This document shows positions 1 through 13,000 of a stretch of 64,000 nt of DNA, piece by piece. A program made the position numbers and the translations under genes. Source of the DNA: Entomortierella parvispora E1425 (Eukaryota > Fungi > Mortierellomycota); the NCBI GenBank assembly GCA_020891255.1, contig BQFW01000008.1, positions 2,418,001-2,482,000 of the forward strand, read 5' to 3'. Each line of letters opens with the position of its first letter. Position 1 is the first letter of the stretch. The notes below the pieces were generated by a model. The model worked only from the letters and a program-made list of their open reading frames with translations. It did not search any database and was not told where the DNA came from.

Positions 1-2039
1 ATTCTGACATAGAGTACACCTGAGAACGGTCCTGAGAATTCTGTTCAAGTGATCCGCGGCGAGAGTGAGGAGCCGATGGAGCCGAATCAAGTTTTTCAGT
101 TGGGAGCGGCTGCGTTGACCCCGCACCATCCGACAAAGAGTCAGGCACCTCGATTGTACCAGAAAGAGGGTTATCTTCAGAAGGTTCTAGTGACGATCCC
201 TGTGGTGCCAGCAGTTGGGTGCTCTCAACTCGATCCGCATCTCTCGAATTTTGGCCGAGGGATGGCTCAGAGCCTGATGACAAGGAGCTGGTAAGCAATA
301 ATGTCGGTTGATTTGTATCCAAGAGCTGTGTTGGGGCATCGGGGTCAAGATAATGTGACGACTGCGTAGAGCTTACAGGTAAAGTCAGTGCATCACTATC
401 GTATTGATTCGATGTTGTGGAGGCAGCTTCAAAATTTGGGACATGGAGTGGTTGAGTAGCGCTGACAACCTGCGATGATGCCTCTGAATCTCGCTGGCTG
501 GTTGACTGAATGTCCATACCAAGTTGGGTTTGTTGGACTACCTCGGTTGACACGCTGCCACTGATAAGTTGAGTCGGTGTGTCCTGATCAAGCAAGAGCT
601 GGGGGTACATCTGTACAACCTGCGTGGGAGCATTGCGATCATAAGACTCTGCCGAGACAACCTGAGTCGGAGCATTGCGATCATACAACTCTGCTGAGGT
701 TTTGGTGGCAGCTGGTGTTGGGGCCTTATGGTCAGGGAGCTCCAGTGAGTTATTGGCGACAACTAGCGTCGCTGCATTTCGGTCGAAAATTTGGGTGGGC
801 ATGTCGTGACGAGGAACCGCAGCTGTGGTCTCTGTATCCCAAAAGCCGTCTATGGGAGCGGTGGCGTCGAGTCGATCAGGTTCTGTCCACGTTTCGGCAC
901 GCGGCGTTGTAGATTCATCTTCAATTGGCTCATGCGGTAGGGCCATATCCCCGTATGGCAGTGTTGGGGCACACATGTCGTCAAATGGTACGTGCTGGCT
1001 CGAGGGGACAGTTAACTCCGAGGGCAGAATTCTTGTAGGTATCCGCAAAGAACGGAAGTCTTCTCCAATAACTGAATCCATCATTTCGCCGTCGTGGTTA
1101 ACATCCTCAAGAGACAGAGTCTGACCAACAGCCGATAAAGTGCACGGTATGGAGGAGTGTTCCTGCGTAGAATCACACTGACTGGAAGTCTGTAGACCAT
1201 TAAGTCCATCCTGATCAAACTCGGGATAATCTTTCCGGCTAGCAATCCTCCCCATTGTTTTTGTCCTGTAAAGGTTGGTCTTCCGTGCCTTAAGGACTCG
1301 ATCACTGATTATATGCTATAAGAAAAGGGCGGTATGACTGTGAGTGTCTTGACAATGGTTATCAATAGATGAGAGTTCAAACATGTCCCACGTACCCTGC
1401 GGTAATCACACTCTGAAGTCAATCGTTCAACTAGACAAGTTACGAGTCCCGCTAGTTTTAATATCTGATTCCCAAGGTTCATGTTCAGTTAGTATGCGGT
1501 TTTGTTATCAGCGGAAAGGAGTGCACTCATCATCCAGGCTCACTTACTCTTCCTACTGAAAACTCATAAAAACACCCTTGCTGCATTCGCATCCCGTGTA
1601 TGATAGAGGGCTCTTGATCCTAGTAAATGTCAAGAAGAGCCCTGCGGCTTTAGTTGCAACCTTTGGGCCTACAGCAGAGTCATTCGCCGTTTGGATTATT
1701 GTTGCATTATACCTCGCGCTTTGGTTCGTCCCGCACGAACGCAACTCCAACGTCATTGATATCTAGCAATGTGAATTCACATGGTCAATGGTTTCGCTTT
1801 CAATGTTTCAATCGTCAAGATGGGCATTAGCAGAAAGAGACGAAAAAGGTCATTTGCAATATACCAATTACGCAGTGGCAAGCCGAAATGAATGGCATTG
1901 GGAGCCATACGGTCGAGGTGTCAGGATTGCGACCGATAGTGTTGCTTCCAGGATAGAGGGGGTATGTGGTCTCGGGGCAGTCTCTGAATTTGCGGATGCG
2001 CAGCTGAAGCACCGGCTTTGCGGTGTCCGTAGTAGGCAT
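1..2039 (-). CDS. FHA-domain protein with SQ/TQ-rich low-complexity region (MDC1/Mdb1-like), multi-exon, 3'-truncated by the window edge
   Basis: ATG at 2039 (MPTTDTAK). The FHA signature YPLYPGSNTIGRNPDTSTVWLPMPFISACHCVI precedes a GT donor. Hand translation of the minus strand 1315->1 is stop-free and rich in PTQ/STQ/SQ (DMPTQIF, YDRNAPTQ x2, DAPTQLL). It runs off the edge, so it is absent from the ORF track. The middle exons (1395-1770) were not fully resolved. Confidence 0.75.
617..694 (-). repeat. Short tandem duplication encoding SAExYDRNAPTQVV twice
   Basis: GAGCATTGCGATCATA occurs twice about 42 nt apart. The minus-strand translation is SAELYDRNAPTQVV-SAESYDRNAPTQVV. Confidence 0.8.
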
Positions 2040-2388
2040 GGTCAGTGTCGTGGTTGGGTTGTGTGTCAATCTGTCAGTCTGGCTCTCCTGGTCCAAGGAA
2101 GTTGTGGGCAGAGAGATGCGCGCGCGCAGGAACACAACAGGGTGCAATGCATGAGAAAGGTGAAGAGGGTGGCGCACGCAGTCAGTCGAAGAAGACCTGT
2201 GGCTGATCACGTGTTTTTTTTAGCTTCGCCAAAAAAATAAAGGGCAGCACAGCCCGCTTTACTTTGCCATTTTGTACATACCATGCAGAGGTCTGTTCTT
2301 TTCTTTCTTCCTCTCTTTCTCTCTCTTCATCTCACTCTCCATATTTCCCCCCTTGACCCCATCCAAACACCATTCCAACACTATCCAA

Positions 2389-4008
2389 ATGGCCTCAACA
2401 TATAGCTCCGTGTCATCATTTGCTAGTCCTTCATCAGGGTCTGGTGCAAAGTATTTCCTCATCGAAAACAAAACGACTGGCCAGCAATACCGCGTCAATA
2501 CAGAGAGCTTTGCCTCAGGCGCTTTCAGCTCTGTCCACAGTAAGTGTACTTAGAATCTTCCTCTATGGGCTAAAAGAATATATACGCCTCTCTCTCTCTA
2601 TCTCTCTCAAAAAAAGGGCTGCTAAATATCCTTTCTCCTTACTCCCTTTGTCCTTTCGTTGTAGAGGGCATCAAGGTAACTGCAATCTATATGCAGTCTG
2701 ATGGCTGATAATTCTTTCTAGATCTGACTTCTTTTCATTGTTGACTCGGCTTTAGTGGCATGAAAACAAAAAGAGCCGCGACAAGTCGGAAGAGATCTAT
2801 GCAGTGAAAAGATTCCAACGAGGTGATTTCTTGGCCAAGGACTTGCCAATGTTGACAGACGATATTAGGGCCACCATGAGCGCTCATGAGATCAAAGAGT
2901 TTGAACAAACACGAGCGATGAACGAGCAGAAGCTGCTGGAGCAGCCCTTGCGGGAGTGCTTCGCTGTGAAGAAGCTGCATGGGCATCCTTATTTTTTGAC
3001 CTTTGTCGATGCTTGCTACGCACCAGACTATGGTAGGGCTGACCCTTACATTTTACTCCCTGGAACTGTAATTGTTACAGTTCCGTCAGGTACTGACTTT
3101 AAAAAATAGTATTTTTAGTGACCGAGCTGGCCAGAGGAGGCGACCTGCAAAGACGATTTGACAACATGACCCGACCATTTACGGAGGAGACACTCATCCC
3201 TATGGTGCGTACTATCTGTGACGCTATCAAAACGATGCATTCTGACGGCATCGTCCATCGAGGTAAGGCCTGTGCGTGCCATGGATTAGCATGGGTCGAG
3301 GGCTCTAATTCTAACAGACTTTCACATTTTTTTTATTTCACCATTACAATTTCGACCGTCGTCCAAACCTTTTTAAAAAACATAGACTTGAAGGTGAGCT
3401 TCTCAAATCATACACAGTAGAGTTGTGTCTCTGGGGCAAACAGCTGACATGTCCTTCTGCTTCCTCATACCATGTAGCCCTTAAACATCCTGTTCCGCAG
3501 TAAAACGAACGATGACTTGATCGTGGCCGACTTTGGACTGTCGAACTTCCTTGAGGAAAGAGGCTTCTTCACAACTGACTGTGGTACTCAAATGTACAAG
3601 GTATGGAAAAAAAAAGGCCAATCCTATGATACCTGGCAATGTGGGGTGGCTTTGGCAAAAAGAATGTATACTCACCTCCAGTATAATAGGCCCCGGAACA
3701 AAGCCAAGGGCAACAGTATGGATCGCCCGTAGACATGTGGGCCTTGGGAAAGATGTGCTATCACCTACTCACACGCGAGATCCCAAACGAGTCAGAGAGA
3801 CCTCTTTTCTGGGAGGGATTCTCTCCTGAAGGTACCTGCAAAAATAACTCAAAATTAACGATTATACAGCCAACAACATATATCTAACAGCCCTTGCCCT
3901 CCATTAGCTCGAGACTTCATGCAGAGGCTCATTGTTCAGAATCCACAAGAGCGTATGACGGCTGAACAAGCCCGCGCTCATCCATGGCTTTCCTTAAAGG
4001 AGATTTAA
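2389..4008 (+). CDS. Ser/Thr protein kinase, CAMK group, multi-exon with micro-exons
   Basis: The spliced model gives the Gly-loop FASGAFSSVHK, AVK, TELARGGDL, HR|DLK|PLN, DFGLS, CGTQMYK|APE, DMWALG and the C-terminus ERMTAEQARAHPW. ATG at 2389, TAA at 4006-4008. Micro-exons at 2665-2675 and 3386-3393. Confidence 0.92.
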
Positions 4009-4064
4009 GAGGGGAATATATTCTATTTGAATAAATATCCGCCATTTTTGTTGTTGCAGGCGTT

Positions 4065-7000
4065 TCACTGTTTTTGACAACAGTAACGTTGAATAAGAAG
4101 TGCCAACCCTTGAGTCAGCAGTGGTTTGGTCGCGTATTCGTCCATCCCGGCCTTGATGCATTTCTATTACAAAAAATATGAAAAAAAACAAAAGAAATAA
4201 GCGTCACATTCTTCCTTCACCCTGAACTGTTGCACTGTTGCACTGTTGCCTGTGATTACCTCTTTGGTTGAATGCTGAATGTCAGCACTCAATCCCACAA
4301 TAGGAATTCTTCCGATTCGGCAGGACTGATCACCAGCCTTACTGGAAGTTGATTGCCCTTGCGACGCTGATGTCTCTAGACTCGATTCCCGGTGTTGCTC
4401 TAGCTCCCTGATCCGTTTTGTAGCCGCAAGTCCATCCATGATTGGCATGTGCTAAAGAGTGGCAATAGAGAGTCGAATCAGTTCCATGCAACCAAGGCAA
4501 AGGCGTGCCAATCAACTGGGCCATGAACATACATGATCAAAGATTGCAATGGTATAGAAGCCCTCTTTGGCCTCCATCCACCTTTCCACGGCTTCCTGTC
4601 CATTATTCGCTATCGTAACACGCATGCCCAGCTTTAAGAGCTGCTTTTCCAGGATTTTTTGTGACACGAAATCATCCTCAGCCACCAGCACGTTCACGCC
4701 ACGACATTGCTCCCGTTCTTTCGCCGTCAGCAACAACATCAACGAGTCATTGTTCCGTGCACGCTTTGGGAAGTTTCGGTCTGTATCCACAGAGGACTGC
4801 ATGCCCAGACTTGGTCCCTTACGGCCCAATATTGAAGATGGCACGTCTCCCCGGCGTTGTCGGGCAACTTTCCCTCCCCGCTCTGTTTCAAGGGTCCTGA
4901 CTATGTCCTGGCCATTGCCAAACGATGATTCACTCTGAGTGCTATCAACCTCGGGTCCCAGGCGCTTTAGATTCGTATTCGAGGACGTCGTTGCTGACGA
5001 TAGTTTGCTCCGCTGCTCGTTCTCTTCCTCTTGCTGTACAAGAACATTGTACATTATCTGCAGCAGCTTCAGTCGCCGTACGGGCTTGATCATTCTACAC
5101 ACATGGTATGGCAGTTTCGTGGTCCTGCCCTCCGTCGATGCCAACATGGTTCCTTTGGAAGTCGTTATAGAAGCAGAGTTTCGACTTGTACAACGTCTTT
5201 TGAAAAGCAAAGATGGTCTCGCGGTTTCCCTAGATCCAGCGGTTGTTTGAACAGCAGTAGTCGCCATCAACCCTGGAGGTATGACATATGGGCTAGAGGT
5301 CAATCCAGACGAGTCCATCCTCAATCGTCCTCTGCCTCCTACATCAACTTGCCCCGAATCACGGTCATCGTCTGTCGATTCCTCGTCTTGATCTCCTTCC
5401 TGTTCCAAGCCATCTCTTAAGTCATCTTTACGTTCGTCCTTGGGCAGCTCGGGGTCCTCATTCATATCATCCTTAGACGTCCCTTGGCGTTGCCCTGGAG
5501 AGCGTCCGTCTCCAGTTCGCTGATGCTTGTTTTTTGACGAGGTCTTTTCCGCGGGAGGTAAAATCCATCGCAAGGTCTCCGTAGTCGGCTGCAGCAAGAG
5601 AACGAAGGCCACTCTCGGAGTAGGGAATAGTTGATCCAGCTCGAAAGTGTCCAGAACATTATCAACCAATATGAAGTCAAACGGTTCCAAGTCATTCTTC
5701 TCATCCCTGTCACTCCGTGGCCCCTCGTTCCCAGAAGCTTCCTCTGATCTCATCGCCTGCTCTGCTTTGAGCGAAATCAGTCCAGCATCGACTGCCAGTC
5801 GAACACTCTCATAGACTGCGTACTCCGCTCCAGGAACGATCCTGGTCAACTGCTCCGTCAGCATCTTATTTGGACTCAAAATCAAGATCCGTTTTCGTCG
5901 ACGAAGTGCTTGCCACCGAGTTTCTATGACCGTTTGGCACTCTAGAATCCTAGCCGCCTCGGTGGGATTCAATTCTCTATCCTCTTCCGCCGCAGTTCGA
6001 AGGCAGGCAGTAAAAGTAAACGTAGATCCCTTTGCTTTCTCGGATTTGACCGTGATCTTCCCTCGCATGTGGTTGATAAGCTGAGAACAAATCGAAAGTC
6101 CAAGACCTGTGCCTCCGTATTTTCGAGTAGTGCCATTATCCGTCTGTTGAAATGAAACAAAGAGCATCTTTTGCTCCTCCTGTGTCATCCCAATGCCCTG
6201 ATCCTCCACAGAGCAATGTAGAACGACATCCTCACCTAACCGACTATGTTCGGTTTCCTGATATGTCGTCGAGGCGTTCGATTGGACGCCCCCCACTGAC
6301 CCTGACTTGTGTCCTGGGGTAGATCCTTCCCTAATCGATCCTGTAGATGAGGGACTTGCAAAATTCGAAGATAGAGCAGCAGCGGCCTCCATCTTTAGCT
6401 TTTGAACCATCATGGGATGGTTCACCATGACGTTTTTGACCTTGTCCGACATTGAATCCAGTACTTCCTGAGTCGTAAATCCTCTTTTGTTCCGCGTCGA
6501 TATAGGGGCTTTGGACCCTAGTGCACTCGAGTACGGATAGATGGTGCTTCCACTATCATCAGCTACGGATGAGAAAGATAAATCAACCCCCTTCTGACCC
6601 TTTTGCTGGATCTTGTCCTGGCTGTGAAGATCCCTTCCTGCTGACGAAGGCTCAGGCTTCTCGTGCCAATACCGAATCACGACGTTGCCCGTTGTGGAAA
6701 ATTTGATGGCATTTCCTATCAAATTCATGAGAATTTGCTTCATCCTGTCTGGATCTCCAATCAACAACAGGGGCAAGGTATCGTCCACGAGGATAATCAA
6801 CTCCAGACCTTTTCTTGATGCCAAAGGAACTAAAAGATCGCACACGTCTTTAAAGGACAGAAGTAGGGCTTCATGTTAGTATTTTCTGAGAAGAATGATG
6901 ATAACTCATCCTTGCCTAATATATTTTACCTCCTAAGATCTCTTCGAAGCAGAGAGGGATGTCTTCCAAAGTTACCTTGTCCGCTTCCAACTTACTAAAG

Positions 7001-10000
7001 TTCAGTAAATCGTCCACGATTCGAATCAACATCTCACAGGAAGCTTTGGCCATATCGACAAATTCAAACTGCTCGTGTGACAACCCGCTCGAGTCCTTCA
7101 GCAAGGACAGCATTCCCAGAATTCCAGAAAAAGGTCTAAAAAATACATTTTGGCAATTGCGGTTATGTCTGTTAATGTTGGAACCCAAAATAGGCTCCCT
7201 ACGTATAGCAAGAGCGAGGATCACTTACGTTCGTAGTTCATGGCTCATATTGGCTAAAAAGTTGGACTTCAGCTGAACGGCACGTCTCTGATCGTCAATA
7301 TCGATTGTCACCGTTAGCCATTGCAGGATTTTGTTCTGCTCCGTAGTGGACATTATAGGCAGCATCCTGACGACGCCCCATCGATAGGTGCCATCCTTCA
7401 ATGCATAGCGACACTGCCTATTTTGGCAAGGTGAAGGAGGTTAGCGGATGAAATACGTTGTTACATTGATAATAATCACCACGACCATTACGAAAAATAG
7501 CGAGGTAGGCTTACCATTGACAGGATTGAGCCAATAAGACTCTTTCCTTCCATGCCAATCCATGAGTGACTAGTTCATCTGGGTGAATCAGACATCTCCA
7601 TCCTGATTCAAGGATCTCTGCCAATGTGAATCCTGTCATATCCATCCAGCTAGTGTTGATATATAGACAGTTTTCTGCTATTGCGTCCCAGATAGCGATC
7701 CCACATGGCATGTTCTCCAAAAGCCCATTAAGCTTGGTCTCTGATTGCAAGACGGATTGGTACAACAGAGCGTTGGTGATCGAGATTCCCAATTGCTGGA
7801 CCAACAAGTTCATGACGAGCATCCTCTTGTTTGCAAACGCCCTCTCGGGAAAATTCTCCATGTACAACAGTCCGACCAACGCCGACTTGTGCAAGATCGG
7901 CGCACAAAGAACAGTCTTGAGATCAGGTCGCTGTTTAAGTAGATAGTTATCGGAGCAAAATCGAGGGTCATCCTTTGCATTGGCCAATAAGCAGACGCTC
8001 GAGGTATTGTGGACGTAGTTAATCACGCTGTGGAACAGGGCCTGGCATCGACTAATCTCCTTGGCTGGCTGGACAGATTCACAAAGTCCAAGTTCGTTCA
8101 GGGACGCAGCTAGAACCATTTGGCCATGATCCTTAACAATGATCACACAGCCTCCTTGGGCCCCCACGCTTTGGTTCATAACTCCAAGAGCCTTCACCAA
8201 CAGAAGATCCAGATCGATCTCACTCGCAATGACCTGCATGGCCTCGATAACCGATGAGAAATCAAGTACGTCCAAGTCCACAACGTCTAGTTCAGGTGAC
8301 TGCGATGATGTCGAGGGTGAACTCAGCCAGGTTGAGGCCGAGAGAAGCGAAGAAGACAAGCGGCTTGAGTTGTTCAAGGGACAGTTCTCTGAGTCTTCTC
8401 CATTGCCTCCGACACCGCCAGAACGATTGGCAGTAGATGTGGGGGAGTGCTCTGAATCTAATGTCAAATCATTGCTGTTATTGTGGGAGACTGAAGCGGC
8501 CTCTGGGACCGTCGTAGATAGAGCATTGGCAATTCGAGGAGAAACCCCACGCCACTTTTCCACAAAAGCTACCGATGGGCTTGGGTGAGCCGCTCTCGGA
8601 GAACCTGCGAGCCAAGGCGATGTTGTAGATCCTGGATTAAAGTCGCGATGAACGGTATAGACCGAGTCAGAACCCGTTCTGGTTGTTGAAGACAACGAAG
8701 CGGAGGTCGAAACGGAAGGGCCAGCATTGATAACAGGGTCATTAGTGGATGAAGATCCGAAAGTGATTCCAGAGTTGAATCCTGTGAGTGTGTCATTGGC
8801 GAGAGGACAACTACTGTTATAGCTACTGCTTGCACTAGGTCTGTAAATTAACCGTCTTGAGATTCCTGTCGGGGCAACCTGTTCGGCCTTACTCGGGAAC
8901 ATGGTGGGATACATATCGTGGAACCACTGAGTCTTTCCTTTAGCACCCCACACCTGGTATCCTTGTCGAGATTTTGCCAAAAGACACCTCGCACTTGTTA
9001 TCAACCCGTGGCGAAGGTGACTCTTCCCAGCAAACTCATAGGCAAAGCACTTGTGCAGCGGAAAGTCGCCTTCGGTTGCAAAGGCGATTGCCTTCTCATA
9101 CAGCAAAAATATAGACTTGACATCTTTGCCTCCCGGTTTTGCCTGCTCCTGTTGGTCCGCAATCTCAGCTTCCAGTAAGTAAAACATGGCAGCATGGTTC
9201 GTTGGAAACTTCTTCGCCCTGAGTTCCATGAGATTCCTGATTCTCAACAACCTTTCCGTTCTGTGCATTCTCCGGCTCAGGTCCTTTTCGGTGCGGAGCA
9301 AATTCACGAGGGTCAAGCTGACGACTGTGAAGATGGTATGAGTAATCCAAGATCCCTCGAAATTCATGATAGACTTCGGGTCGTCGTGCCAGATGTCCGT
9401 TGCCTCTTCGATAAAGGCGTAATGACCAAAAATAAATGCTGCCAGGATTTTGAGCATTTGGTACGTGCTGTTGTTGTGAACAGTTGGGACGCACTCCTTC
9501 ACTGAACAGTTCGCGCCTTTAGCATCAGATCCAATTTTAGCCTTGGTAGTCGTGTCCAGCTCGGACAGAGATGGCCGTTCTGAGCAGTCAACATCATCAA
9601 AGATTGAGTCAGGGTTGGAGGCCAATGTCCTGCCCTTGAGACACTTGATCATCTGGAGTACACCTTGCATCACCTCCACTCCATGAGACTTTGGGCCGAA
9701 CTCTACATGCTTCGCCAATAAGTCGACCGTGGTGGCCATGCATTCATTGAGATTAACTCGGCCAATAAGGATGCGCATCACAGAAACATGGATCATCCCT
9801 GCAGTGTGAAACAGACGATCGCAGGTCAAGTCCACGGCTGTCAGAGTCTCTTCAAGGGCTGGGATCGAATGAGCAATATGGTCACCCCATTGCTGGACCG
9901 TCAAATAAAACAAAAATTTGACATGGTGATTGCCATTCGAGACCGCACAGGCTAGCCTAGAGTAAAAAAATAGTGAACAGGGAGCTGTTAGGAGCCAATC

Positions 10001-13000
10001 CCTCGGGCTAGAGAAGTATTTTACTGCAGTACTGTAATACAAATAACAATAGCCACTTACTTTCCGAGTTCGTAAGCATTTTCTAGGCAGCCATACCAAG
10101 TGGAGTACGTTAATGCAAACGAGACCAAGGCACGACCTGAATCCTTGGTGACTCCATATTTGCAAATGAGCTTCACAGACTGCGCAATCATACAAGCCAT
10201 GAATGGGACATTGCAATAATACAGACTGGCACTAATGTACGAGTTTTGAGAGGGGAAGGAATCAGCATTCGGCGGCGGCTTAGCCCACAAAAAAAACGCA
10301 GTATTGATTATCCATGTAAATTTTACCTTGATATCGACAAAACCTCCATCGCCATAATGATTCGGGGATCCTTGCAAGTATTTGGCGGATCCATCTGGAG
10401 TCCCGGCATGTGTTCCATGAGCAAGCAGTGAGTTTGATCAAAAATGACCCGCAGATCCTCGTCGGAAGGACAGAAGAGAGTGCCTTCAGGTATCCCAAGC
10501 TCATTCAAACACTGGATTGTGATTTCGGTCGCACGGTCGGGTGAAGAAAATGCCCAGACAGACACTTCAATCTGATGTTGGTAGGCTCGCGCCCTATCAA
10601 TGGGATCCCGCACGTTGGCAAGAACGATATCGCAGATATCCATCGCCTGTTCAAAGTTCTCGCGCCATCGCTCAGCTTCGATGCACTGAAGGTGCAATTT
10701 CAAGGCTTCATGGTATAAGTTGTGTAAACCAACGCTTCCCTGACTTTCGCAAGCCTGTGACTCTTGCTTGTTACCCAGTGGATTAGCGGTGCCTCGTTCG
10801 AATCTTTGATCCCAACAGTTTTTCGGTAGGAGTGACAAGGCGGCCTTCCAGTATGCCAGCGCCATATCCTGTGCCCCACTCTTTTGGGACTTTTCTCCAG
10901 CCTGTGAGAGGATCAATCGCAGCGAACGAAGGTCCATGTCGACATCAGAAGCTGCTGACTTCTTGATCAAATCCAAGCTCAGTAGGACGTGACTTGCCGT
11001 ACGAAAGTCCTGCCTTGAAGAATTCAACAAGACCTTAGCCATTTCGAAGTGAAGTTTTTCGGTTTCTTCGGAGTTCTGAATTAAATCGAGAGCGACTTTG
11101 CGCATCACTCCATGATGGAACCGAAGGTGGTCAGGAACTGACGTATAGACAAGTATACCTTCCTTCAGAGCAGACTGAAGTCCAGCCATAGCGTTATTGT
11201 CATCCATAACTTGGCCAGAAGCGTTTGTGCTTAAGACTTCCACTTTTGAAGTCCTAGAAACCAACTGCTGTAGATCTTGTACTGAGAAAACGTGCCCACA
11301 GATGGAGGCGCAAACCAGGGTTCTTTGGGTACGGTGATCTAGCGACCGGAATCTCTCTTCCAGAAATGAATATTCCTCTCCGGTCAACTTCCTCACAACA
11401 TCGGCCAATGTGTCAGAACATGACTGCCACTGCCATTGCCGCAAGCCATAGTGGAAATAGATCGTTTCATTCCTGTAAAGCTCCAGGACTAGCTGTCGAA
11501 TAGTCAGCCAGGACTTCCTGACAAGGATTGCGGCCAAAGACTCGGTTTCGGAAGGTTTGCGATGAAGGAGTACTCCCAGAAAATCCTGGATCGTTTCTTG
11601 ATTTGGATTGTGAAGCTGAATAAACCGAACCCCACCTCCTCCACGAACGACTAACGGCAATCCAGTTTCCAGAATGGCTGTCGATTTTGTGGTGTCCGAA
11701 AGTGTCTCAGTCGGAAGGGTTGCTGGCTTCGCATCGGCGTCACTAGAGATCCCATCGTTGGCACTGCGGTAGCCCCTGAATAGTGGGTCAAGATGTTCAT
11801 CTCCAACTGGAGCGCAAAACCCTGCGGATGGATGATAAGCCTCAGCGATTGTCCCTCCTCCCAAGATCTGCTTAATTTTCTTTGAGCAGTCGGTAGTGTT
11901 CGTATGGGTAACGATCAGTATGATTGGTAACCTTTTGTTGACATTCACAAGTGCTGCCAAAAGTTCCAGAGAGTTATTGTCCGCGTGTTGAAGGTCGTCA
12001 ATAAACCAGGTCATAAAAAAATGTGTTGATATCACTCGAATGAGCTTCAAGATGAGGGCGTGAAATCGAGCCACGGAATGAGTCAATGGTACATCTTTGC
12101 TGGCTGGTATAGAGGATCCATGAAAAAAATAGTCGAGCTCAGGAACAAGATCACAGATAATGCCAATTCCAGATGCGGGCTCAAATGCTGTCCTGATTGC
12201 GACCACTAAAGATGCTAACGCATCCGTGTGTTGGGTCAGGAGTTGTTGAAGGACACTTTGGAGACACGAGAGAATTGCCGAATATGGTGCAGAATTGTTG
12301 TCTACGAATGCTCCTCCAGCAAATAGGCCAGAATTACGTGCAGTCGCGGCTATGCTTCGCGTTAACACAGTCCTAAATAAAAGGAAAATGTATCAATTTC
12401 TGTCATCTTTCCTAGCGATGTTTAGCGCTCAATATTGACGAATGTATACATACTTTCCAACGCCGGCAGGGCCACCGACAAAGATCACTCGAACTACTGG
12501 ATCGTTTGTCTCCATGCTTCGGCGATCCGATAGTTTCCCATCAAATGATTTTGGGCCGCGAAGTAGAGTTTTTGAGGAGAGCGATATCTTGGCATGAGTT
12601 TCATTCCGAAGAGAAACGATCTCATCTTCGAATACGTATCGATCCAGCGCGTAGGGTGCTGGAATCTGAAGCTCTGATATAGTCTCCTCGACCTCTGAAT
12701 TGAGTGACTGCTGGTAAACGTTGGCTGCCTGAACGATGGTGGCCGAGATCAACTGCTGCTCCGTACACCGGCCAAAAATAGCATTGGGAAGCACGAACTG
12801 AAACGAAATATCATGTCGACACAATTCAAATTTCTCGATCTAAGGCGTAGGCGAACGACGCGGCGGATGGTCAGTCTCTCAGTGATAAAGATGAATTTTA
12901 AAGAAAAATAACCGAATCCTCACAGTTGCTGTTCTTACTTTTCCGGTGGAATGAAGGGCGTTTAGACAGCGTAAGATGTCTTGTTTGAATCCAAATGCAT

